DNA from: Reclinomonas americana ATCC 50394
Lineage: Eukaryota
Assembly (NCBI GenBank): GCA_048213135.1
Contig: PS015054.1
Span: forward strand, 133,812 to 197,811
DNA: 64,000 nt
Direction: 5' to 3'
Both the position numbers and the translations under genes were made by a program. A model generated the notes under the pieces. It ran no database searches, had not been told where the DNA came from, and was given only the letters and a program-made list of their open reading frames with translations. This document shows positions 11,464 through 25,143 of the stretch, piece by piece; positions within the stretch are counted from its first letter, which is position 1; each line of letters opens with the position of its first letter.

Positions 11464-14400
11464 TCACTCGGCTGGCGCACGAGGTATTTCGGCAAGGTGG
11501 CCACTCAGATCACTGCGAGGCGAGTGAGCGACACTGACGTGGTGGTGGCGTGTGGAGTGTGTCCAGCTACATACAGTACTTACCACTCCTCAAATACGGC
11601 ACCCATTTCGTGCATAATGTGCCAGTACTGCGGCGGGAGCAGCCGAATGTCGCGCATTTGCGTTCCGCGGCATTGGAACTGTGCACATGCCAAAATCGCA
11701 CTCAGATCACCAGAAAGAAACACAAAGAGAGCAGAGTTGTTTTCCCTCACATTGAGGCGCGTGGATGATGTCGCATCCGAGTCGTCTTCTCGGCGGTAGC
11801 GCGAGTCGCAGAGACGGCCGTCCTGCAAGCGGAAGATGCAAACACGGTGGTGCCAGCCACTGACCGCCAAGTGCATGCCGTCGGGTGCGAACTGGACGCA
11901 TTCGATGCCACCGGGAGGCCCGGTGAATGAATCGACCAGTGACGTGTCTGCCAGGCGAATCACGTGCATCTCGGACTGGTCGCTGGTGGTCACCACGTAG
12001 TCCGAGAATGGTGATATCGACACACTGCGCAGCGGGGAGGTAACAAACTATCAGTCGCCAGTGGCGTCGTTGCGACGAGCGCCCACGAACGTACCCCGAC
12101 ACGGCACCCAAGTGCCTCTCCAGCGAGCGCGTCCACTGCACGTACTCGTCGCTGGCCGACCACTGCAGCAGGTGCACCGAACCATTCGACATACCCGCCA
12201 CAATATATTTACCGTTGGTCGTCAGCGCCATGTCCGTGAGCTGGTTACCAGTGCCTTTCACATCCAAATCGAAGCGCAGCTGTCCCGACGGCAACGCAAA
12301 CACTCGAATCACGCCATCGAGGCCACCCGTGATGACATGCTGCGAGCCCGGCGGGCACCGAGCCACCGTGACTGTGTGCAACAAAACGACTCGATCAGAA
12401 ATCTCCACCACACACGCGCAAGACAATTCCTCATCAACATGCACACCTGGTGCAGGATGCGACATGCGGCACACCTACGCAGCAACGAAAGAAAGCAAGG
12501 CACTGCGTGAACAATCGAACTTGCGCTCTCCATCAGAAGCGGGCAGTCAATACTCACCGTGCCACCGTCGGCAGCCTTGTACGCCACAGCGAGGCAGTCG
12601 GTGCCACCCGAAATCAGGTACGTGGAGTCGGCCGAGAAGCACATGGTCGACACGATGGCCTCGTGGGCCAAGATGCGCGCCAGTGGCTCCAGCTGTACAA
12701 TGACCGAGTCGCGTGCATCCGAGTCCCGGTTGGCCACTGACGACCGGCGGCCGCCACTGCCAGACGGCGCTGAGCCGACGCTGGAACTCGCCCCGACCGC
12801 CCCGTCGCCCAGCCGGTACTCGAATGACGGTGCCGGCTCCCGCACCACCGAGTACAACAGCACGAGGCGCATGCTGGTGCAGCACGCCGCATACCGCCCG
12901 TCAGGTGACAGAGTGCAACCGTGAAAGGCGTCGTTTTCGTCGATGCGCTGAAGCAGGCGACCATCAGACGCCGAGAACAGTCGCAGACTCTTGTCGGCCG
13001 ACGAGGTCATGATAAAGTGACCGGCTGGGTCCTGTGCAACTCCACTCACGTACGCCGAGTGGCCAATGAGCTCCGGCAGCAAGCCGAGGTCGACCGCGCG
13101 CAAGCACGCTCCCTGCAAGTCAGCTCCCGTGATATCGGCACCTCGCATCACGCAGAAACTCAAGTCGGCACCGATCAGCTTGGTGTCGCGCAACATGGCG
13201 CCGGAGAGGTCGGCTCGAGGGACCTGAATCCCCGACAGATCCAAGCGCGAAAAGTCAAAGCCAGAGTAATTCAGCAGCGTGATCAGGTTGGACCCAAGCG
13301 TGCCCGACGGAACATCCTGCAAGGTGCGTGTGAGTGAGGAGGAAACGTACAAACGCGAGGGTAGAGAATGCGCGCATACACATACACATACCCCACGCTC
13401 GGCACCCACTCGCAGCAGTCGAATCACAAATGTTCTCCAGTCGGTACCGAACGGCACAGTGCGGCTCTTCGACGCCGAGTGCATGTCGATTCGTGACAGC
13501 AACTCGGAAGCCAACCGCAGCACCGGAGGCGACACTTGAGTCAGGCAACGCACACCAATCGAACTGCGTACGGCAAACTGCAAGAATGGGTCGCCGCCGG
13601 AGCCACGCGGGACCTCGAGCACGGATTCAGTCAGCTCCGAGTTGGTCGAACTGGGCGAGCGCGCAGGACCGCCGCCGAGTGCATCGGCAAGCTCCAGCAA
13701 GTGGTGCACGACGGCGCGAGCAGCGAAGAATTCTTGATAGGTGCGGTGGGCGAAACGAATCTGATTGCCCTCCAGCACCATCAGTGGTCGTCGTCCGTGC
13801 AGCAGGCGCACCGACAGCAAGTCGGCGTCCGGAACCTGCATTGCCCCCCGCTGAATTAGCCTCCGCGTATGTGAGAGACATGCGCGCACGCACACACGGA
13901 ACGCACCCGCTGTGAACCACCGTCGGAGACAGTCGCGGTTGCCGAGGCCGAGTACGTGGAACGCTGCAGACTGGCACCGAAAGACGCCTCCGAATCCATG
14001 CCAATCTTGTTCTTCACAAAGTACTCTTGCCACACGTTCCACCGGTCGGGATCCTCAATCGGCGACAATCGGTTCTCGTGACGAATGGTCATCTCAAACG
14101 CCAGCGATTCCTGGCCAAGCAACGGGTGAACATGCATCAGCATGGAAACGGCAGGTGGCCATGCACACATACCGTAAACTGTTCGAGCTCGCTTGGTGGG
14201 TCGGTCATGGAGCGCGCCGGCAACGTCAGCGTACTGCGTCGGAGCTTGGCGTTGAGCGATCGCGGCAACGACGCATACTCGGACTGGGCCCGACACACAA
14301 CGCTGCGGTGAGCAACCACAACCACAGGGCACGAGATCTCATGCGTCGCGCAAGTACCTCAAACCACGAGAGAGTCCAGGCAGACAGCAGATCGCTGGTG

Positions 14401-17400
14401 ACTGCAGCCTGGCCATCCAATTCGACGTGCAACCGGATGATCTTGTCTCGACACTGCGTGGCAAGATCCAACACAAACGGCGTGCGGATGAGGTCCATCA
14501 ACCCCGGAACGCTGGCCGCCTGTGCACACGCGCGCGTATCCATCATCTGTGAGATACGAAGAGAAAGAGAGCTGCACAGCACTGCAATGACCGCAACTGC
14601 TTCCAACAAGCCATTGTCAGGGAACTGCGACAGGTAGCGATGCACTTGTTCGTCGGTGAATGGTGATATCTGATAGCGGAACACCACAGACGGAAGGCCC
14701 AAGCGCAGCAAGTCGCTCGTGTTGGTGCGCTCCCACTGTCGATACGTCGACGTGCGCAGCAACAGGAACGCACACGCATGCGGGACGGTGGCCAGCAGTT
14801 CGGCCAAGCTCGTGCACTCACCCATCTATCAATTATTAAGCAGCAGCGGGTGGAAGCCACGCTCCAACAGCAACACACAAACCTCATCAATGCCGTCGAG
14901 GATGAGGGCGATGCGCGTGTGCCGCGTAAACTCGGCAGGATCCGCAATGCCAGCGTGGTCGAGAATCTCCTCCACGACGCCACTAAAGGTGCCGTCGGCG
15001 CGCCGATACTTTGGCAGATCAATGTACACCGGCAGCATGTGCAGCTGGCCATAGTCGCGCCACAGACGCCGCTCCAACACGTGTCCAAAGAGGGTCTTTC
15101 CGCAACCGGCCTCGCCGAGCACCATGACCAAATTGCCCTTTTTCAGTGGCTCGGTAGAGTACTGATCGTGTTGAATGCCAAAGTGCCACATGACGAAATT
15201 GATGCAGCAGCGCATGAGGTCCTGCGGGAAGCGCTGCGTCGGCGGTGTGTCCATCTCCGTCATCACGAGTGGCACGTATCGTGCAAGTGCATACGACAGC
15301 GTCGACCACCGGCTGACACACTCCTCCCACATGATCTCCAAGTCCACGTCGTCGGGACAAGAGCGCAGCACTGCCGCCGCCAGTAATCTCTCCTCCTGCG
15401 CACAGGAGTGTGTGGTGTGGTGAGATCACCTGCTGCGAGGTGGGTGGGCGACGGCACAAAGATCACACCTCTTCTGCCAGCACGTCGGCTGGCACATCGC
15501 CTCGTACGTCCTCGGCCGGATCCAGTGCGGAGACAACAAACCCAGGAGCGTAGGCGTCGTCACCGAGCTGGTGATTCATGGCCGTGCGAAACAGTTCGCC
15601 ACCCTTCGACCGCGACTTGGAGCCGTACTGACGACGCAGCTTTTCGACGGCCTCCTTCGCTCCATGCGAACACACGGCATCGTGGTGCGACAGCACTTGC
15701 AGACCGCCAATGACCTGCGCGATCAGTCAGTTCCGCGCGGTGCTTTCTGCATCCAACTCAACAAGTCATACCTTGACGCGCGCCGGTCGCTCTCGTCCGA
15801 ATTCCTTGCTGTCCGCAAAGATCTGCACGCACAGCTCGAACAGCGGGTGGTGCACGTATGGGTCGTCAATGTTGGCCACCACATTCAGCATGCCATCGAC
15901 GGCACACGCCAAGAAAAACGGAGTGTTGATGCCACTCCGTGTTTGCTGTGCGTGATACTCGCGAACCAAACCGGCCAGTTCCAGGGCCGACTGGCGAGTC
16001 GAATGATCGTCGCCAAGCATGTGCAAGCCACGAACGAGCTCGCATTGCAGGTAGACTCGTCGCGTGTCCACGTACCAGCGCGACAGCGGCAAGTTGATGT
16101 CGACAGCGGCAGGCTCACCGGTAAACGTAAGATCACGACTCTGCGGCACGCCCATCGTGTTGCCTTCGGCCCGCAAAAAGGCCGTCAACAGCGCCCTCGA
16201 GCGACCAACGGATCGGCGAAGAGCCGATACCGACTGCTGGCTGGAGAGAATGCTCTGTGCAGCGTAGGCGGCCAGCGAACGCACATGCACCGACATGTGC
16301 TTGGCGTCGTCGCGCAGATCGACGAGCAGTCGGTACAATCGATGTGAACGCCACGCTTGCAGCTGCGCCGTGGTGGCTGCCTGCGGACTGCTGCTGCCGC
16401 CGGCATTGGAGGTTGGCATCACTCGCGGACTCGACGAGGGACTCGACGAACTGCCACTGGTGGCTGCGGCGATCGACGACGGCGGTGCATCGAGCAGACC
16501 AGCCGGAATGCCAGTGTCGACCACCACGTCGGCCAAGCGCGCAAGTGCATGCAGCAATGGCATTACTTGCGCACTGTTGCTACGAGCCTCCAGCAACTTG
16601 GTGGTGAGCTGCAACAACAACAACAATAACGCACGTGAGAGGACAACTCACACACGACAGCATGCATGAGCCACCGCACCTGGCGAACGGTTTCGCACAC
16701 CACCTGCGCCAGCTCTTGTGCCAGCTCCTGGTCAATCACGTCGCGCACCATAAAGATCTCCCACGCAGTGACCGCCACGGCCTCGGCCAGTACCACCCTG
16801 TGCCAACGAGTGAGACACACGTGTCACTGACACTGCCATACAGCTCTACGTGAACAAGCGTACCAGCTATTGGCATTGTCGGCCATCCAGCCGCCCTGCA
16901 GGCGCACCAGCACGCGGTCGGAGATCGACGAAGACGGAAGTGCCAGCAGACCCACCGACGGATGCCGGTGACCACTGATGGTGCCGTAGCCGTCTTGTCG
17001 CTGACCACCACCACCAAGGCACGTGGCGATGGCCACCAACAGTGAGGAGAAGACGTGCGTCCGCACCACGGGACATGCGGCCGCCAGCTCCGGCAACTCG
17101 TACAGGAACGCCTTCAGTGGCATGCGAGCCAACAGAGGCGCCACACCGTCGCGAATCAAGTTCACGGCCAGATTGCGCAGCTTCTCCAAGTGCGCCTGAT
17201 CGCACATAAACGTGCCAGACGGCGACTGCTCCTCCACACTCTTCAGACCGGCACTGTAGAGCACATTGGCGCCTCCGTCCAGCATGAACAGCTGCGTGTT
17301 GCGACGCTGGGGAGTCACCGGATCACCGCCACCCGACGACGCAGTGGTTCCACCCGGTGTCGCTGCTGCCGCGGCCGCTGCTGCCGCAACTGCGGCCGCC

Positions 17401-18077
17401 ATGGCAGAGCCGTTGCTCCCGCCAATGGTGCCCACGTCGGCCATGAGAGTTCCACGCCGCCGCCGTGCAGACTCACTGGTGCGTCGCTCACTGATGGTTC
17501 CCGTCGGTGTCATCTGCCCGCTCATGCCCATCGACGACAGCGACGTGGGTGCGGCAGACGTGCTTCGCTTGCGTGGACTCGGCGGACGCATTGGCAACGC
17601 ATGCTGCCGCTCCGCCTCGCGACACTGCACCGTCAACTCGTGCACACGGCGGAATCGCACGCCCACCGGGCACACCGGGTCCGGATCTCCATTCAGCGTC
17701 ACTCCAAACGTCGAGTACGAGACAGGTGGTGGCGACACGGACGACGCCGTGACCGCCACCGCCGCACCGACTGCTGCAGCGCGCGCCGATGCACCCACTG
17801 GTTTCCGAACACTGCCAAAGCCCAGTGCCGGGCGCTGGGATGACGTGCGGTGGCGCCGTCGGCGAGACGACGACGATGCCGACGACGGGGTGCCTGCCAT
17901 CAACCCGCCCGTGTTGGACGACGACGGCGTCTCCACCCCGCCCATCATCATGGCGCCATACGATGCCGAGCTGCTAGTGTCGTCGAAAGATGCATTGCGC
18001 ACAAGCCCGCCACCGCGTCCACCATCGTCGCCCTCACCTCCGCCCAGAGACCGACTGGAGGAGGTGTCGGAGGCCAT
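11464..18077 (-). CDS. NLR-like STAND NTPase: helical N-terminus, NACHT, pentapeptide repeats, WD40; about 16 exons
   Basis: Walker A VLGEAGCGKT, Walker B IALILDGIDE, LIRTPFVL, winged-helix RFAHRTYQEFFAA, GSNLITLL followed by pentapeptides (ADLSG/ADLSF/ADITG/ADLQG), several GH..WD-type repeats, and a C-terminal tail ending HEMGAV. Confidence 0.85.
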
Positions 18078-18299
18078 GCGAGCGGGGACGGAAGGCTGCG
18101 GCGAGACAAGAGCACGAGGGAGAGAGCGTGGACATGTCGACGTGAGGCAAACACACATACACAATGCACGCGCGCGCATTCATGTAAACAGTGGACGTCA
18201 AGCACGCACCTCTTGAGACAATGACGGAGTTGCACGGCGCAAACACGGCACCACAAAGAGACAACAAAGATGCCGCGAGCGCTGCATCTGTCACTTCCG

Positions 18300-19369
18300 A
18301 TGTCTTTCGATCCGCCACTCTCTCTCGGTGGCCTGTACCCGTCGTCCTCCGACGATGAGCGCGAGGAGGGAGGTAGTCATGAGGAGGACGAGCACAACGA
18401 GGCCGCGCAGGGCTACGAAGAGCGTGAACACACACTGGCCGGTCACGTTGCGTGCATCCTGGAGGGAGTCGTGCTCGTAGCAACAGCTCATCGTGTCGCA
18501 GGTGGTGCACATTCGCGAGTTTGCCTGTTGCGTATCGTCGTCGTCATCATCGTCTCTGTGAGTCGTGCATGCGCTCAAGGAATGCACACAGTTCACTCGC
18601 ACAATGCCAACTTTGTGTGGCCGGGCTCGGCACTGCTGGGCGACTTTATCGGTGCCCATCGTGACGATGTGTTTGTGGATGGTGCTCGAGTGCTGGAGCT
18701 CGGTTGCGGCACCGGAATCCTCAGTGTGCTCATGAGAGTTGTGTGACCACGCTCGTGTGTGTCTCTGTGATGCATGTGCGTCTTACACGGAAGGGCGGGT
18801 GTGTGCGCGTAGAAACTCGGTCTGTCGACTGTGGTCTCCAGTGACTTCAACGATGGCGACGAGAGCACGCCGGGATCGATTGCCAGCAACGTGTTGCACA
18901 ATTGCGAGCGCAATGCAGTCGCGCATTGCCACGTGCCTTGTTGCGTGCGATGGTGCGATGCTGGCGCCTGCGGTTCTCCGTTATCATGAGCTCGGTGCAG
19001 ATACGTGGGGCGACGAGCTGCCGGCGGCGCTCTCCGAGCCGTTCGATGTGATTGTGGCCAGCGACATTCTCCTGTGTGCGTCGGCCTCTCTTGCCTCTCC
19101 CACTGCTTCCTTGCTCAAAGCTTCTCTCATCCTCTTGGTATTCTCCAGATGTGAAGTCGTACCCGGCGCTGGCGTGGACCCTGGAGCGTCTGATGCCGGC
19201 ATCGCGGCCGGACATGCGCTTCTTCATGGCCTGGAAGCGGCGTCTGAAGCTGGACAAGGACGAGCGGCCGTTTCTGCAGGTGCTCACCGAGGATCACAGT
19301 TTCGAGTACGAGACGCTGAGCAGTGGACTGTTTGTGATTCGACGGCCGCCGCAAGACGGTGAATCATGA
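18300..19369 (+). CDS. Methyltransf_16-family (EFM7/METTL21-like) protein methyltransferase, 6 exons
   Basis: Motifs IREFAFHSHNANFVWPG, VLELGCGTG, TWGD, FDVIVASDILLYVKSYPAL and FFMAWKRR after splicing. Confidence 0.85.
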
Positions 19370-19422
19370 ACTGTTTTTTTGCGCTTGAATTACACTGGTG
19401 TTCTTCCATTAGCCCCCTTCGC

Positions 19423-22338
19423 CTATAATTGAGGGCTGTTCGGTTCGGAGGCCGTCAGCGTCGTCGTGGGGGTTGCGGTGGGTGGCCACACGGGGACTCT
19501 TTGTCTGCAGGCATGGCACATGCACGCGGTCAGCTCTGTGCGAGAGAGGAAGGCGGCGACGAAGGGAAGACGCACTTGGTCACCGGCGGCAAGTCTGGCA
19601 GGCTGACGTCCGACATGGCGCCCCGATATTCGCTGCCTGGCGAATTGGCGGCGGCTAGCAGCTGGTCCTCCCATCGCTGCACCATGGACCAGTTGGACTC
19701 GAATGAGGCACGACCGGTCGGCAACGTGTTGCGCGACAGAGACGCCTGGAATGCTCGCCGGTCTTCGACGAATTGTCGGAAGGGCACCAGTTGGGCCGGA
19801 GTCGGCGCACCAGTCGGTGTGTTGCTTGTCGCCGATGAAGGTGCCGATGTCGACGTGGGCGTGGCGGCGGACACGCCGAGTTGTAATGGCACTGCAGGTT
19901 GCGCTGCTGCTGCTGCTGCTGCTGCTGGTGGACTGGCCACAGCAGGCGCCGCACCAGCGGATGCAGTGACAGCAGCGGCTGCAGCAGCCGCGGCAGCGAA
20001 CAGTTGATTGACCTGCTTTTGTTGTGCGTCCCTGCTCTCCGCCACTGGTTGCGACTAGTACGCGCACGTGTGAGCGCAGGGTCACACACGACAGGATCGA
20101 TTGCAACGCAGACTGACCTCGGCGGCCGCGTTGGAGGAACCGACGGGAGCAAGATGGCGCCGAGACCGCGCCGTCTCGCGATGCCGAGCAAGTGGTGGCG
20201 GCGCCGATGAGGCCTTGTCGAATGTCGCCGGTAGTGACAGCTTGCGAGTTCTGGATGCTGCGCGGTCGGGCAGGCCGTCCATATTGATAGGATTGGCTGC
20301 TGCTGCTGCGTGCGTAGCCGGGGAGGAGGCGACATTCGGGCGAGGTTTTGGCCTGCGGCCCCTGGCATCCGACGGCAGCGGGAGACTCGTGCGCCAACCG
20401 GGCATAGACAGGGGAGCAGAAGCTGGAGGGGGAGCCCAGGCGATGTTCTCCGTCGCCGAGCCGCCACCAGCACCTTGGCCGGATCTGTCGTCTGGTGCCG
20501 TGTATGCGAGCGACGGTTGGGACGACCGCTGAACACTGTTACGTGAACTGATGGTTGTGCCGTTGCCGGAGGCCACGTGCAACTGCACGTCGAGCGACGG
20601 CGGCTGAGGCACAGGCGCAATCCAGAAACCGTCGTGGGGCATCTCTGCCGAGGCCAGACCAAACGCTGCAACTCGGGAGATTTAGTGCTCCCGTTTGTGT
20701 GTCGACCACGGACGTGCATGCACACACTGTGGAGACGCAACTCTTGATCAGCTTGCGCAGCTTGGTGTTGGTGCTGAGCACGGTGCGGTTGGACTCCTTC
20801 AGCGACTCGATCTTGCTGTACAGCATGCGCACGTGTTCCTCCAGCACTTCGTTTTTCGCCTCCACCGCGTTCTTCTCCACCTGTGACGCGTGCAGTCAGT
20901 CGGGCGCATCCGACTCTGTGCACGTGAAGGCAGTGGAACGCAACAACGACATTGTTGAACGCCTCCTCCGATGTTCGCCAGCAATGTTGATACCGGTGGA
21001 GATCCTCGGCCAGCGAGGCCACCACCTTTTGCTGCTCAACTTTCTCCGTGCGCAGCTCAATCAGCTCCAAGCGCGTCTGTTCCAGTTTCCGACGCAGCTC
21101 CTTGATTTCACGCCAGCGCTCGTCCGGTTCTCGGTGCCGACTCGACACTGGTCGCTGCTGCTGTGACGCAGACGATGGTGGCCGTTGTCGTTCTTCGCCG
21201 TTCTCGCTGCTGTCCACTGAGCGACTAATGTCGCGAATTCGCGACGGTGAGCGACGCAGGAGCAGATCACGCGGGCTCAGTGCACTGCTTTCGGCCGCCG
21301 ACGCCGATGGATCCACCGCCACTGCTGTTCCTTGCTTGTCTTCCGTAGCCGTTGACTGCTGCGACTTGCGGCGCCCGGCCAAGACCCGCTGACTGACGCT
21401 GTTAGGGTCGGGCTTCTCCAGTGGATTGGGGTCCATGGGTGATGGTTTTTCGCCTCGAAACTCTGAGCACCAGTGCTCGTAAGACCACAGCGTTGTGCGT
21501 TGGAGAGTGTTGGGAACCAACCTTGCGGACTGAGTACGGAGTCTCTGCGAGCGATGCTGCGGACTACGGCCAGCACCTGTTGGTCGGCATCGGCGTCTGG
21601 CGAAGAGTCTTGCACCTCAGCGTCCTGCTCTCTGGTTGCCGCCAGTTTGGCATTGTCGAGAACGTGAGAGAAACAGTCCTCCTGCGCGGCGGTAGAGCGT
21701 CAGTCTTCGTAACGCTGACCGAATGAAAGCACGCAACAAAATCCATGCCCTCCACCGGCGACGAAATGAGCTTCCGTTGATGGATGAGCTGCGTGTGGCG
21801 ATAGGCGTGTCAGTTGGCGCTCACCAAAAGGGCAGCGGGGAGGCGTAACACAAACCCGTCGATGGGCGACAATTTCGGAGAGAAACTGGGAAGTTGCACG
21901 CATGGCGTACAGTTCTCCACTCGGTGCATTCCACTCCTCCACAATGGCCGCCTGCAACGCAAGCAGGTAGAGGCAAGCACGTGAGTGTCTCACAGTGGTG
22001 AAACACTTGTTTCGCGCACGCAGCGTACTGTACCTCCAGTTCTGCCAGCAGACGGCGCACGGTGACCAGCTTTCCGTCGACACCATCGTCGCGCGCTGTT
22101 GAGTTCCGCCGAGCGAGTGGACTGTGTATCTCGCCCCCACTGCTCGCTAGTTTCTGGGCCAGCGTACTTCCCCGTCGGTGCGAATCTGCAGACGGTGACA
22201 GAGGATCGCCACCTCCGCCCTGCTCATGACACGAAGAAGCGCGTGAGTTGTGGCACCACACACACACACACGGAGGTCCTGGCAACACTCAACTCGGCCC
22301 CCACCGGCACCAATGGTGCCTGTCGGCGACAGCATCAT
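19423..22338 (-). CDS. Hypothetical coiled-coil protein, about 9 exons
   Basis: GT-AG introns join an open frame with heptad-rich segments (EIKELRRKLEQTRLELIEL...LEEHVRMLYSKIESLKESN) and low-complexity tails. No family recognised; first exon uncertain. Confidence 0.6.
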
Positions 22339-22611
22339 AAATACGGATTGACGGGGACGGACTGATTTTCACAACTGACTCATTCGGCGGGACGGCAACT
22401 GACACACGAGCGAGAAATTTTGGGTTTGCAAAGGGTCGCACGATTTACTTTTCACCGACAACCACAACACCGACACCATACACAGCAGAGGAAAGCACCA
22501 ATCATCCCCACACGATGCACCGCGCAGGTCAAACGGCGGAACGAGAAGTAACAAACATGTGATGCAAGAGAAGCGGCTGGAGGCGGGGGCGGTCTACGAC
22601 CGAAAGCCGCT

Positions 22612-23986
22612 CTAAGCACGCACACGCCAGACGCGGATGATTCCGTCTGTGTAGCCCGCGAACAAGGTCTCGCCATCCTCATCACCCCAGGCCAGCGAAG
22701 TGCACTGAGGCTTGGTGGCTCTCTTGCCCTCGTACTTGCCATCAAAGTCAGCCTGCAGGCGCTCGACGACGTTCTTGCTCTCGAGGTCCTGCACACACAC
22801 ACACAGAAAAAAAGTGAGAACCGAAACGCAGAGAGACGTATGATTATTATCATCAAAACACGTACCCAGATGACCACAGAGTCGGGGGTGGCGGCGCACA
22901 GCCAGTAGCGGTTCGGGGAGAAGCACATCGAGTTGATGGGGCTGCCAGCCTCCAGCGAGTACAGGTGCTTGCCCTCCTTGAGGTCCCACAGCATGGCAGT
23001 GCCGTCCTTGCCGCCAGACGCGCACAGCGACGAGTCGGGAGACACAGTCACAGTGGACACGAAACCGGTGTGGCCAATCAGGTTGCACATGAGCTTGCAG
23101 TTGTTCAGGCTCCACACCTTGACGCGCTTGTCCCAGCCGCCCGACACGAACACGGGGATGTCGACGTTGGGGGAGAAGCGGACGCAGGAGACCCAGTCCT
23201 TGTGGCCATCGTCCTTGGAGCCCTCACCGCCAATGACGTACTTGCACTGGCCGCGAGTGTTCCACAGGCGGATCGAGTGGTCGCGAGAGCCCGAGATGAT
23301 CTGGCGGTTGTCGGCCGAGAAGGCAACCGACAGCACGTCCTTCTTGTGGCCGTCAAAGTGCTTCTTCTTGAAGTAGGTGGTCGCGCACTCGCCGTTCGAC
23401 AGGTCCCACAGGCGCACAGTCGAATCCCACGAGCCCGACAGCACAAAGGCGCCGTCGAACGACACAGCCACGTCCTCGACGTAGTGGCCGTGGCTGCATA
23501 CACAAACACAACGGGGTGTCAGGGACGACGCCAGCACGTGCATGGAGGACTCGAATTGTGTCGCTTGGCTCACCCGGTGAGGCTCTTCTGCGCCAGGCCG
23601 AACTGGCGGTCCTTGGCCTCAGCGTCCTCCTGGTTGCGTCGGTGCACGCTGTCAATGTCCCACACAATCATGCTGCGGTCTGCACCCCCTTTTTCAGCAA
23701 CCAGGCGGGAGGAGGGGAAGTGAGTAGGGGGAGGAGGGACAAACCGCGCGACGACGACACGAGCATGCCGCCAGCCGACGAGGTGGTGGCCAGGCTGGTC
23801 ACACCAGCGGTGTGGCCCTTGAGGATACCCTCGAACTCCATGCTGCAGAGGAGGGAGGAAGGGAGGGAGGAGAGAGTCTGTCAGCAGGGCTGCCGACGAT
23901 GCACATGTCCACCACGCAGACCCTCTCTCTCTGTCTCCCGCTCTCTCTCACAGACACACGCACTCTCTGGTGCCTTCTTGTGACAT
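22612..23986 (-). CDS. RACK1: RACK1 (ribosomal WD40 protein, G-beta-like), 5 exons
   Basis: Motifs [65 protein letters not shown] and [14 protein letters not shown]. Strong codon bias. Confidence 0.97.
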
Positions 23987-24573
23987 CAGTGACACCGAGA
24001 GGGGAAAGAGGGCAAAGAGTGCAGAAACAGAAAGGGCGCGAGCGCGGCCATGGCACGACAGCAGCAACGCACACCAATCAGCACATCATGACACGCGCGC
24101 ACACAAGACGACAGAAGTACGTGCAGCCAGGTGAGGTCGCCGCACGTGCAAGTCACAGAGAAACGAGTGCGAATGTGAGTGGAAGGGCATACGAGCGGCA
24201 TGGTCGGTCACTATAACCCTCTCTCGTCCATGTGCGAGACACAAGCTGTCATCTTCTCATGCCGCGTCTCTCATCCCGCGTGACTGCATGGTGCGTGACG
24301 CCGAGCAAAAGGAAGGGACGGGGCAGAGCGCAGTGCGACATGCACATGGAGCACATGCGTCTCTCTGTCTCTCGGGGGGAAACTCGTTCCGCAACTGTTC
24401 AAAGTCCATGTTTGGTGCCGGGTTAATGCAGCTGCAAACGCACACACACGAATGAGCATCACGGTGACACGGGAAAAGAGGGCGGCAGCGAGCTCACCGT
24501 GCGAGTCTGCTTGGATGAGTGAGAAGGATGGATTGCCGACCGACGGAACGCGCACGCATATTTTCTCCTTGCA

Positions 24574-25110
24574 ATGGTGCGTATTGATCGGCGTGCCTGT
24601 CCCGCTTTCTCTCTCGCTATGCGTGTGTTTCTCTGTGGGCGCACACGCCCGTGCATTTGTGTGTGTGTGTGGGGGACGTGCAACATGGCGCGTGTCATTT
24701 CGCCGTCGTCTTGTCTCACTGTGTGCTTGCGCGTGCGTCTATGTGCAGGCGGATTCACGCAGCCCTTCCCCTCGCCGCGACGGCGCGCCCAGGTGAACTA
24801 CCAGTCAGCACGAGCGTCTTCTTTCCCTCCACCCTCCCCTCCCCCCGTGTCTGTCGACTCCCCCACGCACGTCCCCGCCTCCACACTTCGTGTTTCCCCC
24901 CACTCCCGGGTGCGGCATAACAAGCTTGCCACGGCACGCTCACCACCACTCTCGTCTGTGTGTCGGCCCGTTCGGAACATGGCGCCATTTCGACCTGGAC
25001 ACTCTCTTCTTTCTTTCTTTCGTTCCCCCTCGCCTCTCTCGCTCTGCAACTCGAGTGTCGCCAGTGTCCGCCCCACCACCACCACCACCTCCTCTCTGCT
25101 CTTTCTTTCA

Positions 25111-25143
<33 letters not shown>

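Noticed and set aside
8393-19369. Two Methyltransf_16 genes within about 10 kb as a functional cluster or tandem duplication
   Set aside because: They belong to different subfamilies with little similarity beyond motif I and are separated by unrelated genes; proximity is probably chance.
22789-22865. Possible box C/D snoRNA in a RACK1 intron (TGATGA present; RACK1 introns host snoRNAs in yeast and animals)
   Set aside because: There is no CTGA box D or terminal stem, and the intron is only 77 nt.
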